A DNA stretch of 32,682 nt from assembly GCA_904063045.1 (NCBI GenBank), contig CAJFCJ010000174.1, positions 1-32,682 on the forward strand, read 5' to 3'. The notes under the pieces were generated by a model. That model saw only the letters and a list, made by a program, of their open reading frames with translations. It was not told the origin of the DNA and made no database searches. Position numbers and translations under genes: made by a program. Positions 1-11,030 of this stretch are shown here, one piece after another; position 1 is the stretch's first letter, and every line of letters begins with the position of its first letter. This DNA is from Dimorphilus gyrociliatus. Lineage: Eukaryota; Animalia; Annelida.

Positions 1-456
1 ATTGTGGTTCCATTGGTCTAGGTGAGAAAACCTCTTTATCAATTTCTTTGCTCTATTAACAAGCTGAACCACACTTTTGCCATTCATTTGCTTTAAGTTA
101 ACCAATTTCTCTCGATACTCCAAAGGATCCAGATCAAATTCGTCATGGAGGACTTTCCATATTTCCTCTACAGTAGGCTCTCCTTCCAGAGCCAACACCA
201 AATCCTTTGCAGGACCAGTTAAATAATCTAAAAGATTTGCTTTCACAACATCTTCACCAACTCAACCATAAGCAAAACATGCCTGGATTAAAGTCTTCCT
301 TGAATTTTTGAACACTCCTTGCTTCCATCATACAACTTGAGAATAGTTCTTTGAGGGCGGTCCCAAGCAGCCCTTAATGCTTGAATTACTGTTGTGATTT
401 CAACATTTGGGTTCTGTGCTGGGTGATGTGTTCCATCTCCATGATCTGAATTTTTT
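1..456 (-). mobile_element. Decayed Ty3/gypsy gag (capsid) fragment
   Basis: Minus-strand translation reads ...KLYDGSKE...(frameshift)QACFAYG*VGEDVVKANLLDYLTGPAKDLVLALEGEPTVEEIWKVLHDEFDLDPLEYREKLVNLKQMNGKSVVQLVNRAKKLIKR. The YDG, LxGxA and LxxLxQxxGxSV motifs are typical of retrotransposon gag. It carries a stop and a frameshift and runs off the window start. Confidence 0.7.
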
Positions 457-1105
457 CATTAATATTCTCAATGACAAATTTACTTTTAATAACATTTGAA
501 AGATATTACGCAATTATGTCTGTCAACAAGAAAAAATTGGGAAAAAAGGCAGTAATACCATTGGCAATTGTCAATTTATTCATGTGTATTGGTTTAGCTG
601 TATTTCCTATAGTCTATTATAAAGTAATGTATATTTCTCCTTTTAGGGGTTGTTGATAAATTTTGGGGTTATTTTGAGGTCATGATTGTCTATTAACAAA
701 ATGTGGGCAAGGTCCAAGGTTGGACAAAGGTTAAGTAGGATATACACTACAAATCTATGGCAATTATTCAACAACCTCGACATTCTTGACATTTTACTCT
801 AATTTTATCTAAAAGTTATTCAATGCAGGAATATTTTTCTTCAAAAACAATTTGTTTTAAACTTTACATTAGAAGTGAAAACTCTGATGGATCTATATAT
901 TCATTACTCATATTTACATTGCCAAATTTAATAATAATGTTAATTGTTTCAATTCTCTATTTTAGAATTATCATAAAAGTAAGAAAAACTGAAAAAATTT
1001 TCAAACACTTTAAAAATTCCAGTAAAGCTATATCAGTTGTAATCTATTTGATAATTATCACTAATTTCTTGTCTTGGTGTTCAATTCTTATTTTGGGTTA
1101 CTATT
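450..1105 (+). pseudogene. Rhodopsin-class GPCR fragment (LGR/RXFP/GRL101-like), TM3-TM6 only
   Basis: FSLIFSMTNLLLITFERYYAI gives TM3 with ERY. TM4 is followed by a phase-0 intron 624-828 (GTAATG...TGCAG), then EYFSSKTICFKL (ECL2 Cys), TM5 YSLLIFTLPNLIIMLIVSILYFRII and TM6 LIIITNFLSW. There is no TM1-2 or TM7. Confidence 0.75.
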
Positions 1106-3287
1106 TCATTTTTTCACTTTTTCTAGACTGTTGATAAACACTTTGGGCTAAGGAATTATGGAGAAAACGTCCACTACATGAAGAAAATATTAAAAAATAC
1201 TTTTTCAAATTTAAATTATTATTGATTTTGAGATATATCCAATACATTCCCATAATGCAATCACTTTTGGTAGCCATCTTGAAATCCAGACAGGAAACTG
1301 TGCTGGGATCTTCTATGTTTTTCATGGAAAGTGAATATTGTGTACATTTCATCTACAATTTTTCAGAATTTTTTACACTTTGAAATTTATTTCACTATTG
1401 AAAACCATCAGACAAAACACAAACTTTAGAATTGATATCAGTAAGTTATAGAATATTGTGTTGAAATGATTTATTTCTAAATTAGCTTTATTTTTATAGC
1501 AGCCATTTTGTTTATCATTATTGTTAATTGTTTAATTTTTAAATTTAAACAGCTGGTCATTAAAAGAGATTCCAAATTGAACATGGCACCAATTTGTTAC
1601 ATTTGTGAAGACAGAATATATGGAAGACAGAATCATGAGAAATGTCAGCTTTGCTGTCATTTATTTAAAATACACAAGAAATGTTTGGAATATAAAGGTT
1701 TGTTTAAGTTTTTTGTCACTATCCTTACAAATATGCTTTTATGTTTTTTCACAGATCAATCATTTTATTGTAACATTTACTGTGACATATCAATGAAGAA
1801 ATGCATTGTTACACTGTCAAGGCTACCTTCTAGTGCATCTGTTAATGAAGAAATAAGTCAAACACCAAATTTTCATACAGTAAATAATAGAAATGAGCAA
1901 ACTATTGTTTGTGAAAATCATTGTGGAAATTCAAGTGGAAATGATACAAATGGTAGTATTATGGAATCAAACAATGTTTTAGTTGAAGATCTTCCAGCTC
2001 CACATAATAATATGATGGAAGTTTCATTTAAAGTTTCTCCAAAATCAGATTGTGAGAAAGAAAGTTATTCATTAAAATCTTAAAGGGAATGAGCCAGAAA
2101 GGAAAAGATTTGCTACTTTTCAACAATTTCTGCTACAATATTAAAGAAAAAAGAAACAAGACAACATTCTGGATATGCAGTGTTAAGAACAAAAGAAACA
2201 AATGTTCAGCAACAGTTAGTCAGCATGGGAACAGTTTTTATCCTGGAAAGTTATCCCATTCTCATGAAAGAGTACCTGATCTGGAAAAAAAATAATGATT
2301 AGGAATGAACTAAAAAATGCTTATAATAAAGATATCAGTAGTTCAGGAAAATGTTTAGCTGAAGATGTTCTGGTAAAATATTGTAGTTCTAGTGAAGTTA
2401 CTCCATCTCTAGATAATTGTACAAGACTGGCAAACTGGACAAGAAAGAAGTTTAGACCAGCTGAACCTCAAAGTATTCACTTCAACTTGGCTAAAACTTT
2501 TATTCCTGATGATTTTTTACAAATGGATATACAAATGGAGAATGATAGAATACTAATATTTTCAACTACAAAGCAAATTGAATTATTATCTAAAGGCAAA
2601 ATATGGTTTATGGATGGCACATTTAAATGTGTGAAAGACCCTTTTTATCAATTTTTTTCTATTCCTGGTGTACTGCTCTTGCTGGAAAAATCTATGCGTT
2701 TGCAAGTTATAACAATACTGGTTCTACTTGAACCTTTAAACAAATGTTTAAATTAAAACGGTTTATTCGCAATAATAATACTTAAGCAAGTAACAATATG
2801 AGAGTTCGATAGCAGAGTAGATAGTTTGTAAAAGCAGGTTGCCAAATTACCAAACTGTCTTCTAATGTTGAGGAGTAGATGGATGGTTCCAGTGGAGGTT
2901 GTTTCCAGATGATTTTCCCAGGTCCTTGGGTCCAGATGGAAGCTGCAGGCCAAATGAGAATAGTGAGGATTTATATACTTTGAGGTTTGCCTCTGACATC
3001 CAATCATCACTTTACATTTGCCGAAATGTGTAGTTCATATTTATGTTTAGTAAGAGGATGTTACAAGGTTGAACATTTAGGAAGGTTAATTGAATTATAA
3101 CTTGGCCACACCCTAGGCAAGTTAATTAAATTATAACTTGGCCAAACCTTTATTGATAATTAAAGATAAGCCTTCAAGCTGACTAATCAGACTTATGTTT
3201 GGCCAATGTTATAGCATTTTCTTGCATAGGTTTTAAGATGTACATGTATAAGTTGCATCAAATAATAGAGTTCAAGCATGTAAAATA

Positions 3288-4615
3288 TTAGGTACGAATG
3301 AAAAGTTTCAGTCACTGTGTGTTTTTTGTTAGAAATATTTGATGAATGTGGTTAATTTTTGTGTATGTTAAAGCCTAAAGTATACGCTACAAATATTGAT
3401 AATTTAATTTTTCAATAGTCCCCTCCTTTTTCTATACAAGCCTGCCATTTGCTAGGAAGTAGAGTGATGCCGTTCGGGTAAAATGAGGTTGGCTTTCTCC
3501 TCAGAAAATCTTTGACATCTGTCTTCAATTCCTCCAAATTGTCATAATGGGATCCTCTGATATGGTCCTTCAATCTCCCAAAAAGATAATAGTCAGAGGG
3601 AGCCAAATCAGGACTGTAGGCTGGGTGAGGGCATAATGACCACCCTTGATCTCTTATGAAATCTGTTGTGTAGAGACTTGTATGCGGTCTTGCATTATCA
3701 TGCTGTAGTATCATTTGTTTTCCAGGTCTAATTCTATGCAACCTCTTCCTTAGTCTCTTTAGGGTCTCAACATATTGTATTGAGTTGACTACTTCTCCAT
3801 ACTCCATGAATTCAATGTGGACTAAACCAGAATAGTCCCAAAAAACTGAGCACATCAGTTTTTCTGCTGACTTGGCCATTCTAAGCTTCTTGTCAGGTGG
3901 AGATGATGTGTGTTTATAAGTCAAAGAAGACCTTTTAGATTGTGGATCATAGAGGTGTACCCAGGTTTCATCTCCAGTCACAATTTTTTCTAAAAAGTCT
4001 CTTCCTTCTGCCATGTATCTTTCAAGTAGCTCCATACAATGACTCACCCTCACCTGCTTCTGGTCCAGATTGAGAGCATAAGGAATCCATTTTGCACAGA
4101 TCTTTCTGTATCCTAGCTCCTTTATAATTTTCCCTACAGTCTGTTGACAAATTTCTATTTGTTGGGTGATTGCTCTCTGAGAAATGGTCCGATCTTCTCT
4201 GATAAGCCTGTCAATTTCTTCTCTATTCTGACCTGTTACAGCTGTGCTTGGACGACCAGATCTTGCCAAATCTTCAAAATTTTTTCTTCCTTTTTTTATG
4301 TCAGATACCCACCTCCTTATTGAACTTTCACTCAGAGTTTCATCCCCACAAAAGCTTTTTAACCGCTTATAAATTTGGCTCGCAGACACCTTCTCATGCA
4401 CTAAAAATGCTATGATTGGTCGTTGATCGGAACATGTGCACATGACTTGCAGCTGCTTATACCAAAATAAATTTGTAATGCCTCAACAGAATCGAATGAA
4501 AGTTTGCACAGTGAAAGTTTACTAATTTCCTAAGATTATTGGAAAGTATCAATGATATTAGTTAAGCTGTTTTAAAATTACAGCACAGTGACTGAAACTT
4601 TTCATTCGTACCTAA
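3288..4615 (-). mobile_element. Full-length mariner transposon, 1328 bp
   Basis: Perfect 32-bp TIRs TTAGGTACGAATGAAAAGTTTCAGTCACTGTG (3288-3319 and 4584-4615), TA duplication at 3286-3287 and 4616-4617, and a single internal ORF. Confidence 0.97.
3412..4443 (-). CDS. Mariner transposase, 343 aa, uninterrupted
   Basis: N-terminal HTH region, ARSGRP linker, WIPYAL (WVPHEL-like), and catalytic motifs IVTGDETW, QHDNARPH and YSPDLAPSDYYLF (mariner DD34D-type triad). Confidence 0.97.
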   Translation of the reverse strand: MCTCSDQRPIIAFLVHEKVSASQIYKRLKSFCGDETLSESSIRRWVSDIKKGRKNFEDLARSGRPSTAVTGQNREEIDRLIREDRTISQRAITQQIEICQQTVGKIIKELGYRKICAKWIPYALNLDQKQVRVSHCMELLERYMAEGRDFLEKIVTGDETWVHLYDPQSKRSSLTYKHTSSPPDKKLRMAKSAEKLMCSVFWDYSGLVHIEFMEYGEVVNSIQYVETLKRLRKRLHRIRPGKQMILQHDNARPHTSLYTTDFIRDQGWSLCPHPAYSPDLAPSDYYLFGRLKDHIRGSHYDNLEELKTDVKDFLRRKPTSFYPNGITLLPSKWQACIEKGGDY

Positions 4616-5670
4616 TATAACCAAAGTTGTACACTGGATTTATAAAAAAAACAGAGAAATAAAACAAATTCCAATGGCTTTTGCTTTTATGGGATCCAAG
4701 AGAAAGACAGCCTACAAGAAATTATTTAAGGTACAATAATTTTGCATTTTAAATTGAATAATCTAATTTGTTAAATTAACAGGCAATACAAGATTTAACA
4801 AATGGGCATAGCCCCAAAAAGTTGTTGTAGACTTTGAAAAAGCTATTTGGAAAGCACTATCATTCACTTATCCTGAAGCAAACATTAAAGGATGTGTTTT
4901 TCACTGGACACAGTCAATATACAGAAAGATTCAAGTAATACTGTAATTTAGCATTTGAGCTCTAGATAGAACTGACATATTTATTTCCAGGAATTAGGAT
5001 TATGTAAGATGTACAAGGAGAAAAAACTGAATATAGAATCATGAAGAAATTAATGGCATTACCATTCCTGCCCTCTGATCTGATAGAACCAACATTTAAG
5101 ACTATTAAAGAAATAAGTCCTATTGAAATGAAGTCTCTATTGGAGTATGTTGAGACACAATGGATAAATGGATTTTATAAACCAGAGGTATGGTCTGTAT
5201 ATAGCGAGGCGATAAGGACAAATAATGATCTTGAAGGCTGGCATCACAGGCTTAACAGGAGTCTTTGCTCTAACACTGAATTCTATTTGCTTTTAGATGA
5301 ACTGAAAAGAGAAGCTGATCTGATAAAGCTATATAAAAAATTACTGAGTGAAAAGAAAATTTGTAGACAGCAAAGAAAAGCATATCAGAATATTCAAAGT
5401 AAAATATTCAGCTTATGGGAACAATTTGAAATTACCTCAATTACCTCCCTGGACTTACTTGATAAAGCTTCTGACATTTATTTACCAGTTTAAAATACCT
5501 TTATTCTTTAATGTTGTTACACTGTTGTCAATCATTCTTGTTATAATGCTTTTTTTTACTTAATCAATATATTAATATTTAAATATTTGTAATTCTTGTT
5601 ATTCATTTTTTCCTGTCAAATTGCTCTAAAAACTCCATCTATCAAATATCTTATATCTTACTTTGAAGTT

Positions 5671-5712
5671 CTATAGTGGAGGTTTTCTCCAGTGGACGTT
5701 TTCTCCTGTACC
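5671..5712 (-). repeat. MULE right terminal repeat with two GGAGAAAAC(G/C)TCCAC units
   Basis: Reverse complement GGTACAGGAGAAAACGTCCACTGGAGAAAACCTCCACTATAG matches the terminus at 28458 and the units at 1160 and 23376-23513. Confidence 0.85.
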
Positions 5713-5860
5713 CATGGAAAGGATACCAAGCTTTAAATGGAATGGACCATATAAGATAACAGCGGAAGATGCAACCAAATGTTTGTATGAAGTGGAACTG
5801 GAAGATGGCAAAAGAAAATATTATCATGCAACAAGATTAAGATTGGCTAATAACCAAGCA
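5713..5860 (+). mobile_element. Ty3/gypsy integrase C-terminal fragment
   Basis: PSFKWNGPYKITAEDATKCLYEVELEDGKRKYYHATRLRL matches the WxGPYxI...Y...HxxRL motif at the end of gypsy integrase. Confidence 0.65.
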
Positions 5861-6744
5861 AGAGATGAGACAGTCAATCATGTTGATACAGAAAATAAAA
5901 GAAAACCATCAAGGTTATTTCCAATTAGAGAGATAATACCTCTTATTGTGTACTTCAGTTCGATATAGATGCTCTGTTAGAAAACCATAGACTTAATTGA
6001 ACACTATTTAATATGAATACTTAACAATAGCATTGTGCACTGGGTATGCACAATTCTATTATACATATATGCCGCGATGCAGCCACCAGCTAAAGAGTAT
6101 CAAAAGGTCAAACTAAACTATTATTGACTTTTGGACCAGTTCAAATTTCTCACTTTCAATGTCAACCATTGAATTGAATCTTACCAAAATTGTTACATCT
6201 TACGAAAGAAGCTGACCATCTAAATTTATCTGACCTAATTACTCAGGATGAATGAAATCAATTAAAGGTGGAACCATTTTTAGAACTTTCAATTGTGTTA
6301 AAATGTTACTTTGCATTGTTCAAACTTTGAAATTGTGAACTGTTAAACTCTTAGGCAAGTATATAAACCCTTAGAATTTAACAGTTGTTAGCTCAGTTTC
6401 CTAACCGCTTGCTTAGAGATAAAAGCTCAGAATATTCAATACATATCTTATTTGGAAAATACTGCCTTTTTGTTGAAAGTTTGTTATAAAACTTTGGATG
6501 AATATCATTCATTTGTTGATACTTGTGCACGAACTTGAGGTTCTATTTGGACAAGTACTTTGCCATAATATTAATCATTTGGGACAAGAACGAAATTCCT
6601 ACGATCACGATACAACAAAGTACAAATTGATTAGATAAAATATACCTTGAAAACAACTTTTCTACAACCTGAATGATAGTAAAAGGTCTTAACAATATCT
6701 ATAGTAATAATGAATGTCAGCTGTCTGTCTGATTAAAATCATAG

Positions 6745-6975
6745 AACCTGTTTTTACGGATGTGGTAGAAAACGGCCATAAATCTATGGTTTTACCCTAA
6801 CCCTAACCCAGCCCTTGTTTTTGCCTAACCTTTTTGAATAGCCCTAACCCTTAGATGGGACTCTCCTGAGAACATATCAACAGTTATCTCATTCCTCCTA
6901 ACCATTTCCCAGGCTGAAATCTAACTTTCAAATATTTCATTTATGGCTGTTTTCGACCGGTCCCTGTTTTTACTA
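6745..6975 (+). repeat. Small dispersed element with TAACCC-like units and internal inverted repeats
   Basis: GAAAACGGCCATAAAT (6768-6783) and ATTTATGGCTGTTTTC (6939-6954) form a 15/16 inverted repeat around CCCTAACCCTAACCC units. A related copy lies at 28830-28962 on the minus strand. Confidence 0.55.
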
Positions 6976-7145
6976 TGCTGAAAATTCATACTAAACTCTT
7001 TGAAAAGTATTCTATAGCAGAAAATACTTATTTTTTATGTTCATTGAAATTGAAATGATATAGAACAGACGTTTTAATGTTTTTTCCACTTTTAAATATT
7101 CAGAAATTTTTCTACTTTTGATAGAAATACCAATTATTAACCACA

Positions 7146-7226
7146 ATCTACTACTGAGCTTTCATATTGTTACTTGCTTAAATATTTTATTTCAAATAAA
7201 CCATTTAAGTTTAAACAATTTGTTTT
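7146..7226 (+). mobile_element. Fragment of the solo-LTR family
   Basis: TCATATTGTTACTTGCTTAAATATT...AATAAACCATTTAAGTTTAAACAATTTG aligns with the reverse complement of about 2740-2815. Confidence 0.6.
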
Positions 7227-8212
7227 CTTTTAAACAAAAAGCAATTTGAACAAAAACAAGGATCTGAAGGACTTCCACAAAAAAATTTAACTAATCTTTT
7301 CGGGAATAGAATTCATCATAATATACAACTGTTCAAAAGATGAAGTTTTGGGACATTTCAGTCCATTGTAAAGTATGGGATATCCAAGAATTTGTGGCTC
7401 ACAAAGATAATCTTAGTGCCAACTAATTGCTAAATATGAGAATTAGAATTGATAATTTTTTCAATGATTATGTTTATTCCTTTAAAATATAAAAACAATT
7501 TAAAAACAATAGTAAGAAGTAATATGTTTGAGGTATTTTTTTTTTCTAAAAAATGTGATACAAGTAAGTTGATTATATAATAATAATGGCAACAGAAAAT
7601 GTGTCTAAAGCTGACAGAAGACATTCCCACATCACAGAAACTGTTGCCACATGAACAGAAAGTATAAAGTAAAGTGAACAATGATTCTATTAACTTTCAC
7701 GAAGCACTACCCACAAAATTCTCAAATAGAAAACATTAAACATTTTTAAATTCCAGTGTTCATAATTTTATATTGAAATGAGTTAATAGATTCAATACAA
7801 AACCCCATTTTGTATTCCACTCCCACACGAAAGAAAAAGATGAATAGGTGCATAAGAATATCTTCAAGAAATTATTTGGCCTATAGGCAGCTTTTCTTCA
7901 ATTCAAAGTGTTTTGTATAGGGAAGAGCTTCTCTTTAGAGAATAAATTCAAAAGATATCTAAGTGTTTTTGAATTTAGATCATGGGAAAATTCAAGTGTA
8001 GAAAAAATGGTAATAAATTAAATGCTGAGCCTATTTTTCAAATGTCATCCTCCATTCAAGCTGTTAGTTGTATCAATAAAGAATCTTTCTTAGATTCATA
8101 GTAATGTAAGCTTGGAAAGGCCAATGAAAGACAGGGATAAATAGAGGGATCTATAACATTTATAGTTAAATTTCATTTCAACAGCATAGCACAAGAATTG
8201 AAGCAATAAAAC

Positions 8213-9497
8213 ATGATTGCAAGATTTATATTAGCATCCATCTTGATTGTTGGATGCCTTTCCAGCAAGGTTGTATTAAATGAAGTTAATTTTCAAACAA
8301 AAAAGATTGAATTTAAAATTTTGGATGAGAGCTACTCAAATTTCAAACTCATCATTTATACAAAAACGGCTAATAATGGAAATAAATTCCTTGTAACTCC
8401 AATTGCTGAAGGCATGTCAGTTGGTAATCTTCCAGAAACAAATCCTTCTTCTTTTCCAAATGAGCAATTTGCAATGCTGATTGTTGAAAGTAAACAATTT
8501 TCGATTGAAAAATGGTATTTTTTATAATTGACTTTTTTTCAGCTAGTGATCCGGATCCTTCATATCCTAATATTGCAGAAGCAGCAATTAGAGATTCAAT
8601 AGTCTTTTCACCTATTGCCAATGATGCAAACTACTTTAACAAAGTCCAATCTTGGAATAACAAAGTTTTGCAATTCAATAGTAACACCCAAATCTCTAGG
8701 TGCTTTTCAGATGATCCTAGTGATCCAGACCGATGGTTTGAGGTATCTTCATCTTCATTAACACCAAATAATTGCCCAGCAGGTATATTCAATATTTTTA
8801 GTGTCATAAACATATGTTATTAATCTATTAATGTCTTTTTGTGTTTTATATTTAAACAGTTGACCCAAATGCAAATGGAGATCCACACTTTTCACAAAAG
8901 GTTATTGACACAAGAACAAAAAAAATTGCCAATATTTGTTACGACATCATTGGAAAAAGTGGCCAACATATTTCGATTCTGGAGCATAATTCTACTAATA
9001 CAATTGTTAAAGGTGTTCTTAAAGATGATTATTACATGCATCAGATCATTATCAAAGGTAAAATTGGAATCATTATCATCGATGAATCATTCATTTATGT
9101 CAATGGTGAAAAATTTATCTGGACTGATTTCCAACATATTCAAACTGATTTTGCCAATATTAAAACATCAAAGCAGAGTGTTGACATTGAAATTCACTAC
9201 AACAATTATAAATTAGTTGTAATTGTTAAGAAAGAATTTAAAGCCTATTATGGCTCTTTTCTAAATGTGGTCTTTACGAATCTTGATATATTGTATAAAG
9301 GATTCGGAGGCTTGTTTGGTGACATTGGACAAAAGAAATTTGAATTAATTGATGACATTCAGTCTAAGATGAAAAATGTTAAAATAGATAATATTAATGT
9401 TTATGGCAAAATAGCAAACAGATATTCAAATAATTGCATATTATTACCAGCTGATCAATTAGTGTATCCTAAAAAAATGTCTGATTATGTTTTCTAA
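8213..9497 (+). CDS. Secreted 384-aa protein with an ITIH C-terminal-like domain (GDPHF); 3 exons
   Basis: Exons 8213-8489, 8543-8782 and 8860-9497 with phase-1 GT-AG introns of 53 and 77 nt join in frame (1155 nt). Signal peptide MIARFILASILIVGCLS; NGDPHFSQK..NICYDIIGKSGQHISIL resembles the inter-alpha-trypsin inhibitor heavy chain C-terminal domain. AATAAA at 9705. Confidence 0.8.
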
Positions 9498-10059
9498 CCT
9501 CCTTTCTGTTGATATGTGAAGAGTTCACTAAAAAAAAGCGATTTTCTATACTTAATCCTCTCAGTAAACTTAATGTAACAATAGACACACGAGCCTATTG
9601 TTATTTATAACTGATGGCAAACAATGTGCACCAAACATTAACATATTACATAATAGAAAAACCTTTGTTTAGTCTCCTTTTCATCTTTCTTAATTTAAAT
9701 AATTAATAAAGTAAACCCTATAACACAAAATATTTCAAACAATCACCAATACAGTTTAAACTTGAACTTTGACAAGGAAAGACTGACTGGATCAATAGAA
9801 ATTACTTGGAGGTACAAAATTTGTTCATTTGCCTAATTTAGACAAAAACAGCAAATTTAAAACAAAGATAACAGTTTTGGGGTGTTTTACAAATTGGCCT
9901 ATCAAAATTTATGGTGTCCGAATATTTTTATCCTTTATATCTTTGTATAATATTAACCTTACGCTTGTTTATTTGATACTCTAAGCCAATCAATATCCAG
10001 TATTCCTGAGAGCAGGAATAGAACTTGTTGATAAGTCAATGCATATCTTGTCATGAAGA

Positions 10060-10440
10060 AAACTAAAGTATCAATAATGGTGAATAATTTATAATTCATA
10101 TCAAGAAATTTTAAACACCTTCAAAAGGTATATCTTCAATGAAAAATTTCAAATCTTTCACTTTTTCCAATCTCTTGTCTAATCAAATAAACAGGAAACG
10201 CTTATAACCTCCTATAACGTGGCTCCTCACATTATCTGATGATTTATCTGAATAAAATTCTTTATTATTTGTAAATCGTTTTGGAAAATTATCTCCAAAA
10301 GTCAACCAGTTTCCCCAAAGCTGTTTTCCCTCAACACTGTTTAATATTGATTATTATATTCCTACTGCTAGGACATTTTTCCCCATATTCGATAGGTCTT
10401 TTCCCAATGCTTAAAATGTTTTGTCCCATTCTCAAAAATA
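10060..10440 (-). pseudogene. Decayed NACHT-like NTPase fragment (tentative)
   Basis: Across stops and frameshifts it reads IIINIKQC*GKTALGKLVDFW (Walker A-like), AFPVYLIRQE and KLFTIIDT (Walker B-like). It is paralogous to 25140-25420. Confidence 0.45.
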
Positions 10441-10859
10441 TCCACACCATACTTAAAGTTGAAGGAATGAAAAGCATTGATCATAGTTATTTTATAACTC
10501 TCAAATTTATGTTTCAATGTTTACCCAATTTGACAAAACATTTTACCATTGTTTTTGAGAAATAATTTTTAATACAAATAACCTAGCTAGTCCTTAAGAA
10601 TAATCATACACCTTTCACACAATAATGGCTATATAACCACATATATATGGTTATAGAGATAATAAATCTAAGACACTATGGTTATGATAAACAAAAAATT
10701 GACTGACTGTAGTTAATACTCAATTCCCTTATAAGAACATTTCATCTAATAATTAGAAAACAGAAAAACTCAAAAAAAATCTATCAAAAAAAAAACAATC
10801 TTGTAAATTGCAGAATAGAAAAAATAAATACGCAAAAGAAAATTATATTTCCTTCTGGA

Positions 10860-11030
10860 TTGTCTAAAATTTGTGATGGACTTGTACATTCTTCAAGCTC
10901 ATTGAGAAAAATATCTTTATTATCTTGTGATCTAAGTGAAAATCATGTTAAAATACTTGGAAATATGTTGAAAAATTGCTCTCAGATACAGGTAATTAAT
11001 CTAAGTAGGAATGAAGATATGGGTGCTGGA
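10860..11030 (+). pseudogene. RI/NLR-type leucine-rich repeat fragment
   Basis: ICDGLVHSSSSLRKISLLSCDLSENHVKILGNMLKNCSQIQVINLSRNEDMG has ribonuclease-inhibitor-type LRR periodicity and is isolated from other exons. Confidence 0.7.

Larger units (their letters stand above)
2669..4633 (-). mobile_element. Solo LTR (about 635 bp once the nested mariner is removed)
   Basis: Begins TGTAC and ends GTACA. It is flanked by a 4-bp duplication CTGG (2665-2668 and 4634-4637), and removing it rejoins the MULE coding sequence (FSI-PG-FIKK). Minus-strand TATATAAAT (about 2970) and AATAAA (about 2763) lie in LTR order. Confidence 0.75.
1583..5493 (+). pseudogene. Spliced MULE transposase (PHD-like finger + FLYWCH + DDE), disrupted
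   Basis: MAPICYICEDRIYGRQNHEKCQLCCHLFKIHKKC, intron 1698-1754, then FYCNIYC; FLYWCH-like FxxFxY..FWICS..C..HSH; WFMDGTFK..PFYQFFSI; after the insertion KQIPMAFAFM; intron 4731-4782; DFEKAIW..GCVFHWTQSIYRKIQ; intron 4935-4990; LMALPFLP..RTNNDLEGWHHRLN. Five 1-nt frameshifts plus an insertion at 2669-4633. Confidence 0.85.
1157..5712 (+). mobile_element. Mutator-like element (MULE), interrupted by a solo LTR and a mariner
   Basis: Left terminal remnant TATGGAGAAAACGTCCACTA (1157-1176) is inverted relative to the right end TAGTGGAGGTTTTCTCCAGTGGACGTTTTCTCCTGTACC (to 5712). The interior encodes PHD-like, FLYWCH-like and MULE DDE domains. The outermost left terminus and a TSD were not found. Confidence 0.85.

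Noticed and set aside
443-446. GATC next to the gag/GPCR junction suggesting Hi-C ligation chimeras
   Set aside because: Other junctions (about 18715, 20105, 25137) lack GATC or another common restriction site.
3412-4443. Bacterial IS630 or contamination
   Set aside because: DD34D-type mariner motifs, TA TSD, and nesting inside an intron-containing eukaryotic element.
6385-6420. tRNA or tRNA-derived SINE (TAGCTCAGTT A-box-like)
   Set aside because: No B-box, cloverleaf or 3' tail could be built.
6794-6852. True telomere or chromosome-fusion site
   Set aside because: Only 2-3 imperfect units per site, embedded in a repeated element, with no long or head-to-head arrays.
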